The notes: generated by a model from the sequence alone, not told the origin. A DNA stretch of 64,000 nt from Cyanobacteriota bacterium (GCA_019752015.1 JAIEMQ010000006.1:421118-485117), one strand, 5' to 3'; positions 8,376 to 17,724 are shown, counted from the first letter of the stretch. Numbers and translations are program-made.

Positions 8376-11165
8376 GTGATCACGCTCGCCGAACGCGTTT
8401 TAGGGCTGACCGGAAAAGAGCTCCGGCGGGCGTTTCCGATCTTCGCCTATCTCTTCCTGACGACCGCGTCGAGCGTCGCCAGTAAGGCCGCGCGCGACGC
8501 GCTGTTCCTCGACAGGTACCGCGCCACCGATCTTCCGTACGTCGACATTGCCATCGCGGTCCTCGTCGGCTTGGCCGCCAGTCTCTACATCTGGTTCGGC
8601 CACCGCACCAACCTGCGCAACCTGCAGGTCGGCAGCCTGATCTTTTTCGCGATGAACTCGCTGATCTTCTGGCTGTGGCCGGTCGTCTCGGCGTACGAAT
8701 CCGGCACGCTGTTGATCCTGATCTACATCTGGGTCGGCGTCTTTTCGGTGCTCGCGCCCTCACAGGTGTGGACGCTCGCCAACTATGTGTTGACCACGCG
8801 CGAGGCCAAGCGATCGTTCGGCTTCATCGGCAGCGGCGCCATTCTCGGCTGGATTGTCGGCGGCCTCGCCACGCGCACCGGTGTGTCGCGCTTCGGCACC
8901 GAAAACATGCTCGGCTTCGTGGCGCTCGCCCTCTTCACCTGCGCGGCGATTGTCGTCGCGGTCTGGCGCGATCGCCCCGACTATGTCGGCAACGACACGC
9001 CCGCCTCCGGCAACGTCCGCGATCGCTTCCCGCTGTGGGGCGCGATGCGGCTGATTCGCGAATCGCCGTACCTCAGGGCGATCGCGGCGCTGATCCTGAT
9101 TTCGGCGTTGTCCACGACGATTGCCGGCTGGCAGTTCAAGGCGATCGCGAAGGAAGCGGTGCCGGCCACCGACGACCTGGCGATGTTCTTCGGCACCTTC
9201 AACATGATTGCCGGGCTGATGTCGCTGCTGCTGCAGTTGATCCTGACCGCGCGCGTGTTGCGGACCGTCGGCGTTGGCCCGTCCCTCTTTATCGTCCCGA
9301 CGGCGATGCTGATGGGATCGGCCGGCGTGCTGCTGCTCGGCACGCTGGTGGCGGCGGCGGCGCTGAAAGCGAGCGATCAGGTGCTGCGTTATTCGATCGA
9401 CAAGGCGACCGTCGAGCTGTTGTACCTGCCCGTGCCCGCCGCCCACACCTTCCGGGTGAAATCGTTCATCGATACCGTCGTCTACCGGCTCGGCGATGCG
9501 GCCGGCGGGCTCGTCGTTCTCCTGTTTGCCGCCGTGCTCGGCTTTTCGCCGGTCCGCATGTCGATGGTCGCCGTGGTGTTCGTCGCGATGTGGATCGCCG
9601 CGGCCTATGTGGCGCGCAAGCAATATGTCGAGAACCTTCGCGAGAGCATCCATCAGCATCGCGTCGACGCCGAGCGCGCCTCGATGCCGGTGCTCGATCG
9701 CGACACGTCCTCGCTGATCACCTCGCGGCTGAAGGGCACGCCGAAAGAAATCGCCTACGCGCTCAGCCTGTTCGAGCTCGCGCACGATCGCAAGGTCCAT
9801 CCGGCGGTGCGCGGCCTGCTCAATCACGACGATCCGGCGATCCGCCAGCAGGCGATCAGGCTGCTGGCCCGCGCCGGTGATGCGAGCGTCAAGGATCAGA
9901 TCGAAAAGCTCGTGAAGGATCCGGATCTCGGCGTCCGCACCGAGGCGTTGCTCTACCTCACCGAATTCGACGCGACCGATCCGCTGCAGCGCATCGAAGC
10001 GCTGGGCGAGTTCGAGGGCTTCTCCATCCAGGCGGCGATCGTCGCGTTCCTCGCCAAGCCGGGGCGATCGCAGAACCTCGACGCCGCGAAACTGCTGCTG
10101 TCCAGGATGGTCTACGACCAGGGCGAGCGCGGGCGGCGGGCCCGGCTCGAGGCCGCGCGGTTGATGTCGATCCTGCCCGACATGTTCGACCGCGAGCTGC
10201 GTGCGCTGGTCGACGACGACGACATCGAAGTCGCCAGGACGGCGATCGCCGCCGTCGGCGCGCTCAAGAAGCGGGCGGTGATCGGCGACCTGATCGATCG
10301 CTTGAACGAGCCGGCGCTGAACGACACGATCGTGAAGGCGCTATCCGGCTTCGGCGATCGCGTCGTCGGCACCTTGCGCGACTACCTGACCGACGACAGC
10401 ATGAAAGCGGACGTCCGGCGCGAGATCCCGAAGGTGCTCGAAGGCATCGGCACGCGCAACGCCCAGGCGGTGCTGGTCGAAAGCGTGCTCGATCGCGACG
10501 TGGTGCTGCGCTACCACACGATCGCGGCGCTCAATCGGCTGGGCCAGGCGCATCCGGATCGCCCGACCGATCGCAAGCTGATCGAGTCCGTGCTCGCCGC
10601 GGAGATCATGGGGCATTACCGCTCTTACCAGGTGCTCGGCACGCTCGGCGGCGCGCTGCAGGATTCGGCGGCGAGCCCGATCGAGCATGGCCTCAAGGAA
10701 TCGATGGAGAAGGAGTCGGAGCGAATCTTCCGGCTGCTCAAGATCCTGTATCCGCAATACGACATGCACAGCGCCTACGTCAGCCTGCAGTCGTCGGATC
10801 CCGTCGTGCACGACAACGCCGTCGAGTTCATGGATTCAGTGCTGCCGCCGGAGGTGCGGCAGGTGATCATCCCGCTGTTCGATCGAGATGTGTCGGTGGA
10901 TGTGCGCATCGCGACGGCGAACCGGATGCTCGGCTCCGCAATCGGCGATCGCGAGGAGGCGATCGAGGTGATGGCGCTCAGCCAGGATCCGTGGCTGCGC
11001 GCCTGCGCGGCGTATGCGATGGGCGAGATGCGACTGACGCGGTTCGCGCCGACGCTGGATCAGTGGGCGGAGGACGCCGATCCGCTGCTGCGCGCGACCG
11101 CCATCGATGCGCGCGAAAAACTCCGCCACGCGGCGACTGCCGCCGCCGGCGTCGACGCGCTATAG
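8376..11165 (+). CDS. Paralogous TLC/Npt-like membrane domain fused to HEAT repeats (no cNMP domain)
   Basis: The protein is 929 aa with a GTG start. The N-terminus is alignable with the divergent neighbour (FAYLFLTTASSVASKAARDALFL versus LYSFLAMTSYNIIKPITRSEFI). HEAT-like units include LNHDDPAIRQQAIRLLARAGD, VKDPDLGVRTEALLYL and LSQDPWLRACAAYAMGEM. Confidence 0.8.
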   Translation: MITLAERVLGLTGKELRRAFPIFAYLFLTTASSVASKAARDALFLDRYRATDLPYVDIAIAVLVGLAASLYIWFGHRTNLRNLQVGSLIFFAMNSLIFWLWPVVSAYESGTLLILIYIWVGVFSVLAPSQVWTLANYVLTTREAKRSFGFIGSGAILGWIVGGLATRTGVSRFGTENMLGFVALALFTCAAIVVAVWRDRPDYVGNDTPASGNVRDRFPLWGAMRLIRESPYLRAIAALILISALSTTIAGWQFKAIAKEAVPATDDLAMFFGTFNMIAGLMSLLLQLILTARVLRTVGVGPSLFIVPTAMLMGSAGVLLLGTLVAAAALKASDQVLRYSIDKATVELLYLPVPAAHTFRVKSFIDTVVYRLGDAAGGLVVLLFAAVLGFSPVRMSMVAVVFVAMWIAAAYVARKQYVENLRESIHQHRVDAERASMPVLDRDTSSLITSRLKGTPKEIAYALSLFELAHDRKVHPAVRGLLNHDDPAIRQQAIRLLARAGDASVKDQIEKLVKDPDLGVRTEALLYLTEFDATDPLQRIEALGEFEGFSIQAAIVAFLAKPGRSQNLDAAKLLLSRMVYDQGERGRRARLEAARLMSILPDMFDRELRALVDDDDIEVARTAIAAVGALKKRAVIGDLIDRLNEPALNDTIVKALSGFGDRVVGTLRDYLTDDSMKADVRREIPKVLEGIGTRNAQAVLVESVLDRDVVLRYHTIAALNRLGQAHPDRPTDRKLIESVLAAEIMGHYRSYQVLGTLGGALQDSAASPIEHGLKESMEKESERIFRLLKILYPQYDMHSAYVSLQSSDPVVHDNAVEFMDSVLPPEVRQVIIPLFDRDVSVDVRIATANRMLGSAIGDREEAIEVMALSQDPWLRACAAYAMGEMRLTRFAPTLDQWAEDADPLLRATAIDAREKLRHAATAAAGVDAL

Positions 11166-11265
11166 CCACAGATTAGACAGCCACAGATTAGACACAGATT
11201 AGGCACAGATTAATCTGGCTTTTAATCATGGTTCTCGGTTCTCCGTTCTGGGTTCTCGGTTCTCG
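11166..11265. repeat. Left arm of nested inverted tandem arrays flanking the GxxExxY gene
   Basis: ccacagattagacag ccacagattagaca cagattaggca cagattaatctg is followed by ggttctcg gttctccg ttctgg gttctcg gttctcg. The array starts immediately after the TAG stop at 11163-11165. Confidence 0.85.
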
Positions 11266-11392
11266 TACGCGCGTTTTGCGACGTTCCTTCCGCGATCGGA
11301 TTGCAGGAATTGCGCGCTTGTAACGCGTTTCAACTCGCTTCGCTCCAGTTCTCGAACGAAATCGCACAAAAGCGGTTCGGCGCGCGCCTTGA

Positions 11393-11785
11393 ATGATCTT
11401 TGGCATGACCATTCCCTCTGGCGACCCACGGACCTATCAGATCATCGGCGCGGCGATGGAGGTCCATCGGACCCTGCATCGCGGTTATCTCGAAAGCGTC
11501 TACGGCGACGCGCTTGCCGTTGAATTCGAGCTGCGAGGAATCCCATTCAGGCGTGACAAGACATGTCAGTTGTTTTACAAAGGCAGGCCGCTAACCGGCC
11601 ACCATCGTCTCGATTTTGTGTGTTTCGACGATGTTGTCGTCGAAATCAAAGCGCAGTCCTCAATCGGTCCCGCCGAAGAGGCACAGGTGCTGAACTACCT
11701 GGCGTTAACGCACAAGCGAATTGGCTTGTTGCTGAACTTCGGCGAACGCTCGCTCGTGCAGAAGCGATTCATTCTTGACCCGTGA
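11393..11785 (+). CDS. GxxExxY protein (PD-(D/E)XK-like superfamily)
   Basis: YQIIGAAMEVHRTLHRGYLESVYGDALAVEFELRGIPF contains the eponymous G-YL-E-SV-Y motif. The protein also reads ...VVVEIKA...QVLNYL...GLLLNFG. An alternative ATG lies at 11405. Confidence 0.85.
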   Translation: MIFGMTIPSGDPRTYQIIGAAMEVHRTLHRGYLESVYGDALAVEFELRGIPFRRDKTCQLFYKGRPLTGHHRLDFVCFDDVVVEIKAQSSIGPAEEAQVLNYLALTHKRIGLLLNFGERSLVQKRFILDP

Positions 11786-11868
11786 AACGAAACAGAACCT
11801 GAACCGACGAACCAGAACCAAAAAAGAGCAGAACCTAAATCTGTGTAAATCTGCGTCTAATCTGTGGC
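11786..11868. repeat. Right arm: reverse-complement arrays in mirrored order
   Basis: The sequence is aacgaaacagaacctgaaccgacgaaccagaacc...agcagaacc, then taaatctgtg taaatctgcg tctaatctgtggc. These are the reverse complements of the GGTTCTC units (inner) and the CACAGATTAG units (outer). Confidence 0.85.
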
Positions 11869-11876
11869 TTGTCTTT

Positions 11877-12926
11877 TCACCGCGGCCCGATCGCCTCTGC
11901 GGCCGGTGAGTCCGGCCACTTCGGAATCGGCCGCGCCACGTATCCAGCATGCGCGAGCCGCCCCTGGAACAGCGCCGTCTGCGAGGCGGCAAACTGCAAC
12001 CGCACGATCACCCGCAGCACGATGTAGAGCTGTCCAATCGCAAACGCGAGCGCGTCCGCGCTGGCGCCGGGCGCGATCAGGTAATACAGACCGATCACCA
12101 GCAGGAACACGAGCGCGTTCAGTTTGTAAACCGCCCACACCGCAATCGGGTTCCGCCGCATGAACCGCCAGCTCGCGCCGATTGCGCCGATCATGCTGCG
12201 GCGATCCTCGACAACCGCCCGGATCTTTGCGTAATCGAACAGGATGTTGAATGCGAAGAGCGGCACCGCGAATGCGGCGTAAAGCGCCAGCCTGACGAAG
12301 AACGCGGTCCGCTCAACGGTCATGTTCGCCGTCAGGGCGGGATAGAGCTCGTCGAACAGCCACGCATGATACGGCCCGAACAGGAACCAGTACACGATCG
12401 CCATCGCGATGCCGAGCCGGATGAAGCGGACGAAGTAGATGCCGCAGGCGGAGAAGAACGCGCCCGCGCCGAGATCGCGATCGCGCGCGAGCCGATCGAG
12501 GATGCCGCCGGCAAGGAACAGCGACAGCAGCATGTAGCCGATGACGACAGTACCGATCACGATCGGCATCGGCGATCCGTCCGCAACCGCGCTGACGTTC
12601 TTCATCACCGCCGCGAAGCCGAGGATCGCCGGCACGAACGTCGCGCCCACGCCGGATGTCTGCGCCAGGAACTCGTTCCACCAGTCGTAGTTGATGCTGT
12701 CGGCAGCGGACGCCGCCGCCATGCTCGCGCCGAGATGCGCGCCGATCATCTCCTGCAGCACGAGCGCCAGCGGCAATGCGGTGAGCAGCGTCGACAGCCA
12801 CACGCCGATCACCAGCCACGGCGCCCGCTTGACCCGATTGAGGCCATCGAGAAACGCCCCCCAAGCCCCAAGCCCCAAGCCCCAAGCCCCGCCTTGCCCA
12901 CCGTAGCCTTGGCGAAGGTGGGTCAT
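11877..12926 (-). CDS. Polytopic membrane protein of unknown function
   Basis: ATG at 12926 overlaps the upstream M1 peptidase stop (ATGA at 12923-12926). Several hydrophobic segments are present (PWLVIGVWLSTLLTALPLALV, IVIGTVVIGYMLLSLFLAGGI and others). I recognised no family. Confidence 0.65.
   Translation of the reverse strand: MTHLRQGYGGQGGAWGLGLGAWGAFLDGLNRVKRAPWLVIGVWLSTLLTALPLALVLQEMIGAHLGASMAAASAADSINYDWWNEFLAQTSGVGATFVPAILGFAAVMKNVSAVADGSPMPIVIGTVVIGYMLLSLFLAGGILDRLARDRDLGAGAFFSACGIYFVRFIRLGIAMAIVYWFLFGPYHAWLFDELYPALTANMTVERTAFFVRLALYAAFAVPLFAFNILFDYAKIRAVVEDRRSMIGAIGASWRFMRRNPIAVWAVYKLNALVFLLVIGLYYLIAPGASADALAFAIGQLYIVLRVIVRLQFAASQTALFQGRLAHAGYVARPIPKWPDSPAAEAIGPR
12859..12890. repeat. 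Heptanucleotide tandem repeat (CCCCAAG)x4 + CCCC inside the CDS
   Basis: I read it directly at 12859-12890. On the coding strand it is (CTTGGGG)n and encodes GAWGLGLGAWG at codons ~13-23 of the membrane protein. Confidence 0.9.
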
Positions 12927-14941
12927 ACCAGGAACGCCCACGTCATGAGCAGATCCTGCAGCCAGACCATCCAGCGCAGCGACCATTTCGTCGCCGCGCG
13001 ATCCGCAGCCGGCGCGGTGGTCCGCGAGTTGTTCGTGTAGCTCGTATCGAGCAGCAACACGCGCTCCGGATCGATCTGCGCCGACACTGCCTTCGACGGC
13101 TTGTCGTACGTGAACACCGCCCACCGTCCCTGGCCGTTCCACTTCTCGCGCGCCTGCTCGCCGTTCTCGAACGTCACCAGCACATCGACGGGAAATTGCC
13201 CGGCCTCGAGACGACGAACCACGACGGTCGTGTGGAACTGGCCGCTGACGTCCGAAGGTTCGGTGGACAGCTGATCGACCGAGTAATCAAACCTGTTCGA
13301 GCTGTTGTAGACCTGGTCGATGAACCACTTGTGGTCCTTGCCCGTCACTTCGTCCAGCGCGGCGAAGAAATCCTGGGGCGTCGGATGCTTGTATTTCCAG
13401 CGCGTGAAGAAGATCGACAGCGTCTTCTGCATCACCTCCCACGTGTACATCCGCTCGAGGGTGTGCAGCATCAGCGCCGCCTTGTGATACGACATGTTCT
13501 GGTGCGTGCCCGGCCACAGCACCGCGGTCGGCGTCGACATCGAATCGCGATCGGGCGCGCGCCGGTAGGTGTTCATGTAATTGGTGTCGGTGGCGCGCTG
13601 CAGCCTGATGTCGGTGAATTGCCACGGGATGAAATCGCCGAAGAAGCGCTGCACCAGGTAATTCGGCTGGAGCGCTTCCCACTGCACGCGTGAATCGCTG
13701 TACTCGTTGATGCCTTCGTCGAGCCACGCGTGCTCGACTTCGTTGTTGGCGACCAGCCCGTACCAGAACTGGTGGCCGGCCTCGTGCAGCACCACGTATT
13801 CGGGATCGTTGGTGTAGCGCGGCGACAGCCAGCGCGTGCCGCCGGTGAAGATCGTCGGATACTCCATTCCTCCCGACTCGCTTTGCCACGGCGGATCGAC
13901 GATCGTCAGCTGCGGATATGGATACGCGCCGTACCACGTGCCGTAATACTGCAGCGCCGCGGCGGTGCCGGCAAAATGCCGATCGGCCAGGTATTCGTGC
14001 TCCGGCTGGATCAACAGCCGCATCTGCACCGGCGCGCGGCCGGGCATGTCGAACTGCTGCCGCTTCTCGATGAAGTCAGGGCTCGTCGTCCACGCGAAGT
14101 CGTGCACGTCGGTCTGCGTATAGCGATGCGTCGTTTGGTTACCGGAGTCCGTGCGCGACTGCTCGACGCCGGTCGCGCCGACGATCCATCCCTTCGGCAC
14201 CGTCATGCGGACGTCGTAGTTGCCGAAGTCCGAGAAGAATTCCGAGTTGGCGAAGAACTGGTGCGCGGTCCATCCCGCGTTGAACACGCCGAGCTTCGGG
14301 AACCACTGCGACACGAAAAAGTAGTTGCCGATCACGCCGGTGCGATCGAAGTTGCGCGGGAACTTGCCCTTCCACTCCACGCGCAGGCGAAGCGTCTTGC
14401 CCGGCTGAATCGCGGGATCGAGGCTGGCCGCATACAGCGTGCGATCGTCCGCGTTCTGATCGTCGGGAGAGATCGCGCGGAAGTCCGTCTTCAGCAGATC
14501 GACGCCGTCGCTGCCGTCGGGATTGACGACGATGATTTTCGTCACGTCGCTGTAGCCGAAGTCGTTTGGATCGGCGCTCGCGAACGGATCGTCGCCGGCC
14601 AGGCGCCGCTGCCTCAGCCACGTCGACTTCCGGTCGCGGAACGCATTCCAGTAGAGATGCAGCCGGATCGAATACGCCGCGACGAGGCCCTGGTTGTGCC
14701 ACGTGATGAGCTCGATCCCGGTGATGGTCCGCGTCGACGGGTCGAGCGTCACGTCGATGTCGTAGTTCGCGGTCCGCATCGAGACGGCCTGGAGCGCCGC
14801 CGGTCCCGTCGGCGGGGGAGCCGCGGCGGCCGGAGGCTGCGCCGAAACGGGAGAAGTAATGTGCAAGACCGCGGCAACGAGCGCCCCCACAGCGGTCCCT
14901 CCCCGCAGGATGTGTCGGCGGAGTCGTTTCCTGTCTGCCAC
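12923..14941 (-). CDS. M1-family zinc metallopeptidase (aminopeptidase N-like), secreted
   Basis: The zinc site is HEAGHQFWYGLVANNEVEHAWLDEGINEY (HExxH-X18-E). The exopeptidase motif is a GGMEYP variant. The N-terminus is signal-like (GTAVGALVAAVLHITSPVSAQ). Confidence 0.9.
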   Translation of the reverse strand: MADRKRLRRHILRGGTAVGALVAAVLHITSPVSAQPPAAAAPPPTGPAALQAVSMRTANYDIDVTLDPSTRTITGIELITWHNQGLVAAYSIRLHLYWNAFRDRKSTWLRQRRLAGDDPFASADPNDFGYSDVTKIIVVNPDGSDGVDLLKTDFRAISPDDQNADDRTLYAASLDPAIQPGKTLRLRVEWKGKFPRNFDRTGVIGNYFFVSQWFPKLGVFNAGWTAHQFFANSEFFSDFGNYDVRMTVPKGWIVGATGVEQSRTDSGNQTTHRYTQTDVHDFAWTTSPDFIEKRQQFDMPGRAPVQMRLLIQPEHEYLADRHFAGTAAALQYYGTWYGAYPYPQLTIVDPPWQSESGGMEYPTIFTGGTRWLSPRYTNDPEYVVLHEAGHQFWYGLVANNEVEHAWLDEGINEYSDSRVQWEALQPNYLVQRFFGDFIPWQFTDIRLQRATDTNYMNTYRRAPDRDSMSTPTAVLWPGTHQNMSYHKAALMLHTLERMYTWEVMQKTLSIFFTRWKYKHPTPQDFFAALDEVTGKDHKWFIDQVYNSSNRFDYSVDQLSTEPSDVSGQFHTTVVVRRLEAGQFPVDVLVTFENGEQAREKWNGQGRWAVFTYDKPSKAVSAQIDPERVLLLDTSYTNNSRTTAPAADRAATKWSLRWMVWLQDLLMTWAFLV

Positions 14942-14978
14942 GACGTTTCATCGTATCCGATATAATTCGAAACCTTGT

Positions 14979-15977
14979 ATGGCGATTAGAGTCTTGATGT
15001 ACGGCCTGGGTCCGATCGGTGCTGCGGTAGCGCGTCAGATCGTGTCGCGTAAAGGGTTTCAGATTGTCGGCGCCGTCGACATCGACCGCGCCAAGATTGG
15101 CCTCGATCTCGGCGACGTGATCGGCCTCGGCAAGAAGCTGAAGGTCCGGATCACCAACGACGCCAACGGCGCGATCAAGAGCGGCAAGCCCGATGTCGCG
15201 GTGCTCTGCACGAGCTCATCCCTCAAGAAGGTGATGCCGCAGATCGAAGGCGTCCTCAAGAAGAAGGTCGCGATCGTCTCCACCACCGAAGAGTTGTCGT
15301 ACCCGGTCGGCAAGAACCGCGCGCTGGCGAAGAAGATCGATGCCATGGCGAAGAAGGCCAAGGTCGCCGTCGTCGGCACCGGCGTCAATCCCGGCTTCGC
15401 GATGGACGCGCTGCCGATCACGCTGACCGGCATCTGCGAGCGCGTCGACGCCATCCGCGTCGATCGCATTCAGGACGCGCGCTCGCGCCGCCTGCCGTTC
15501 CAGCAGAAGATCGGCTCCGGCCTCAACACCGAGCAGTTCGCGGCGAAGGTGAAGGACGGCAGCGTCCGTCACGTCGGGCTCGCCGAGAGCGTGCAGATGA
15601 TCGCCGACGCGATGGGCTGGAAGCTCGACAAGGTCACCGACGACATCCATCCGAAGATCGCCGACAAGGGCGTCGAGAGCGAGCTCATCGCCGTCGATCC
15701 CGGCTACGTCTGCGGCATCATCCAGGACGGCATCGGCTACTCGAAGGGCAAGCCGGTGATCTCGCTGCACATGGAGGCGTACCTGGGCGCGCCCGAGTCG
15801 TACGACGCCGTGACCATCGAAGGCAACCCGCGCGTCACGTCGAAAGTGATCGGCGGCCTGCACGGCGACGTTGCCACCGCGTCGATCACCGTCAACAGCA
15901 TCCCGAAGATTCTGCGCGTCACGCCCGGCCTGCGCACCATGGCCGACATGCCGATCCCCAGCTGGTTTGGCGGGTAG
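14979..15977 (+). CDS. NAD(P)-dependent dehydrogenase, DapB-N-like / amine dehydrogenase family
   Basis: ATG at 14979. The Rossmann N-terminus is MAIRVLMYGLGPIGAAVARQIV...IVGAVDID. Further motifs are VVGTGVNPGF and a C-terminal GIIQDGIGY...LHMEAYLGA. Confidence 0.7.
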   Translation: MAIRVLMYGLGPIGAAVARQIVSRKGFQIVGAVDIDRAKIGLDLGDVIGLGKKLKVRITNDANGAIKSGKPDVAVLCTSSSLKKVMPQIEGVLKKKVAIVSTTEELSYPVGKNRALAKKIDAMAKKAKVAVVGTGVNPGFAMDALPITLTGICERVDAIRVDRIQDARSRRLPFQQKIGSGLNTEQFAAKVKDGSVRHVGLAESVQMIADAMGWKLDKVTDDIHPKIADKGVESELIAVDPGYVCGIIQDGIGYSKGKPVISLHMEAYLGAPESYDAVTIEGNPRVTSKVIGGLHGDVATASITVNSIPKILRVTPGLRTMADMPIPSWFGG

Positions 15978-15992
15978 ATTTAGAATAGATAA

Positions 15993-17216
15993 GTGAAGTC
16001 TGTAAGAGCCTGCCTCGACGAAGCGCGAAGCGCGAAGTCGGGCTCCGTATTATTGCTAGCCGCCACGGTGCTGCTGAGCGGCACTGTCGCGGTCACGCAG
16101 CCACGCCGCTCGGGCGCGTTCGATCAATCCATCAACCATCCGGCAATCAAATACCTCACCGCCGATACCGACACCGTGGTGGATCGGCTGAATGCGAAGC
16201 TGCGCGACGGCTCGGCGAAGCTCGTGTTCGATCCGAAGTCCGGCTACCTCAAGTCCGTGCTCGATCTGCTCGACGTGCCCGTCGAATCGCAGGTGCTGGT
16301 CTATACGCAGACCAGCCTGCAGGCGCAGCACATCAGGATGGACAACCCGCGCGCCGTCTATTTCAACGACTCGGTGTCGGTGGGCTACATCCGCGGCGCC
16401 GGCTTGATCGAAGTAATGGCGCAGGACGCGGCCATGGGATCGATCTTCTACACCGTTCGTGAGGAACCTGCCCAACAAGCCACCTTCGGACGCGATCAAC
16501 AATGCCTCCGCTGTCATCTGTCATGGGACACGCTCGGTGTGCCCGGGCTCAGCATCCTGACGACGTTCCCGCGCAAGAGCGCGATGGATTACGCCAACGG
16601 CGGCACGGTCGATCACTACAAGCCGATCGTAGACCGCTGGGGCGGGTGGTATGTGACCGGCAAGCGCGTGCCGCCCCGCCACATGGGCAACTATCCGTTG
16701 ATCGTGCCGAAAGGCATCACGGCGCCGCCGCCCGCGTATGTGTCGCTCGAGGGCCGGTTCAATCTCGACGGCTACCTGACGCCCTATAGCGACATCGCGG
16801 CGCTGATGGTGCTCGAGCACCAGGCGCACTTCAGCAACCTCGTCACGCGCGCGGCGTGGGAGACGAAGCTGGGCGAGCCGCTGCGCATTGCCGAAGCCGC
16901 CGACGCGCTCGCCGATTACATGCTGTTCGTGGATGAGGCGAAGATCACCAGCCGGATCGAAGGATCCTCCGGCTTCGCGGAAAAATTCAGCGCCCGCGGC
17001 AAGCTCTACGAGCTCGATCTCAAGACGCGCCTGCAGAAGTATCCGCTCAGCTACATGATCTTCTCACCGCAGTTCAAGTCGATGCCGGACGCGCCGAAGA
17101 ACCTGGTGATGGGGAAGATCAATCGCGTGCTGTCGGGCGAGATCAAGGACGCGAAGTACGCGCACCTCACGCCAGAACTTCGATCAGCCGTTCGAGAAAT
17201 TCTCAGCGCTCGATAG
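15993..17216 (+). CDS. Exported hypothetical protein with a single CxxCH motif
   Basis: GTG start. The N-terminus is hydrophobic (GSVLLLAATVLLSGTVAV). QQCLRCHLS is the only CxxCH. Codon usage is coding-like throughout. Confidence 0.6.
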   Translation: MKSVRACLDEARSAKSGSVLLLAATVLLSGTVAVTQPRRSGAFDQSINHPAIKYLTADTDTVVDRLNAKLRDGSAKLVFDPKSGYLKSVLDLLDVPVESQVLVYTQTSLQAQHIRMDNPRAVYFNDSVSVGYIRGAGLIEVMAQDAAMGSIFYTVREEPAQQATFGRDQQCLRCHLSWDTLGVPGLSILTTFPRKSAMDYANGGTVDHYKPIVDRWGGWYVTGKRVPPRHMGNYPLIVPKGITAPPPAYVSLEGRFNLDGYLTPYSDIAALMVLEHQAHFSNLVTRAAWETKLGEPLRIAEAADALADYMLFVDEAKITSRIEGSSGFAEKFSARGKLYELDLKTRLQKYPLSYMIFSPQFKSMPDAPKNLVMGKINRVLSGEIKDAKYAHLTPELRSAVREILSAR

Positions 17217-17724
17217 TCCAGACGTACTCGGGATGTCCGTTGCGGACATTCTCTTCGATCACGCGAGCCCCGACTTTTCGCATCGCGCCCAGCGCGCGCA
17301 CGTTCGCGACCTGCGTCTTGCCGATCAGCGTCTTGATGCCCCACTCGTTGAACAGGAAATCGAGATACGCGTCGATCGTTTTCGCAAACACCCCGGTGCC
17401 CCACAACTGCGGCGCAATCGCGAAGCCGATCTCGGCGCGATCGTGATCCTCGAAGCGGAGCGCCATGAAGAGTCCCGTTACTTCATCGTTGCCCGTCAAT
17501 AGCGTGTAGCAGGCGGCGCGGCCTTCGGCGCGGCGCGACTGGCTGAGCGCGATCCAGCTGCCGAAGTCGGCGATCGTCTCGGGCGGCGGATCGAGGTGCT
17601 TCGAGACCTCGGGCATCTGGAACAACGCCGTCAGCGCCGCCGCGTCGGAGAGGTGCACTTCACGCAGACGGATGCCGTCTCGCGTGAGTACCGGGAGACA
17701 TTCCACAGTTGCCTGGCTCACCAC
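17203..17724 (-). CDS. GNAT-family N-acetyltransferase (RimJ/RimL-like)
   Basis: The sequence reads LREVHLSDAAAL...FMALRFEDHDRAEIGFAIAPQLWGTGVFAKTIDAYLDFLFNEWGIKTLIGKTQVANVRALGAMRKVGA. Confidence 0.85.
   Translation of the reverse strand: MVSQATVECLPVLTRDGIRLREVHLSDAAALTALFQMPEVSKHLDPPPETIADFGSWIALSQSRRAEGRAACYTLLTGNDEVTGLFMALRFEDHDRAEIGFAIAPQLWGTGVFAKTIDAYLDFLFNEWGIKTLIGKTQVANVRALGAMRKVGARVIEENVRNGHPEYVWTIER

Noticed and set aside
11166-11265. Short tandem arrays (here and at 50461, 56129 and 58541) considered as possible CRISPR arrays.
   Set aside because: The units are 7-18 nt and directly abutting with no unique spacers. No cas genes are present.
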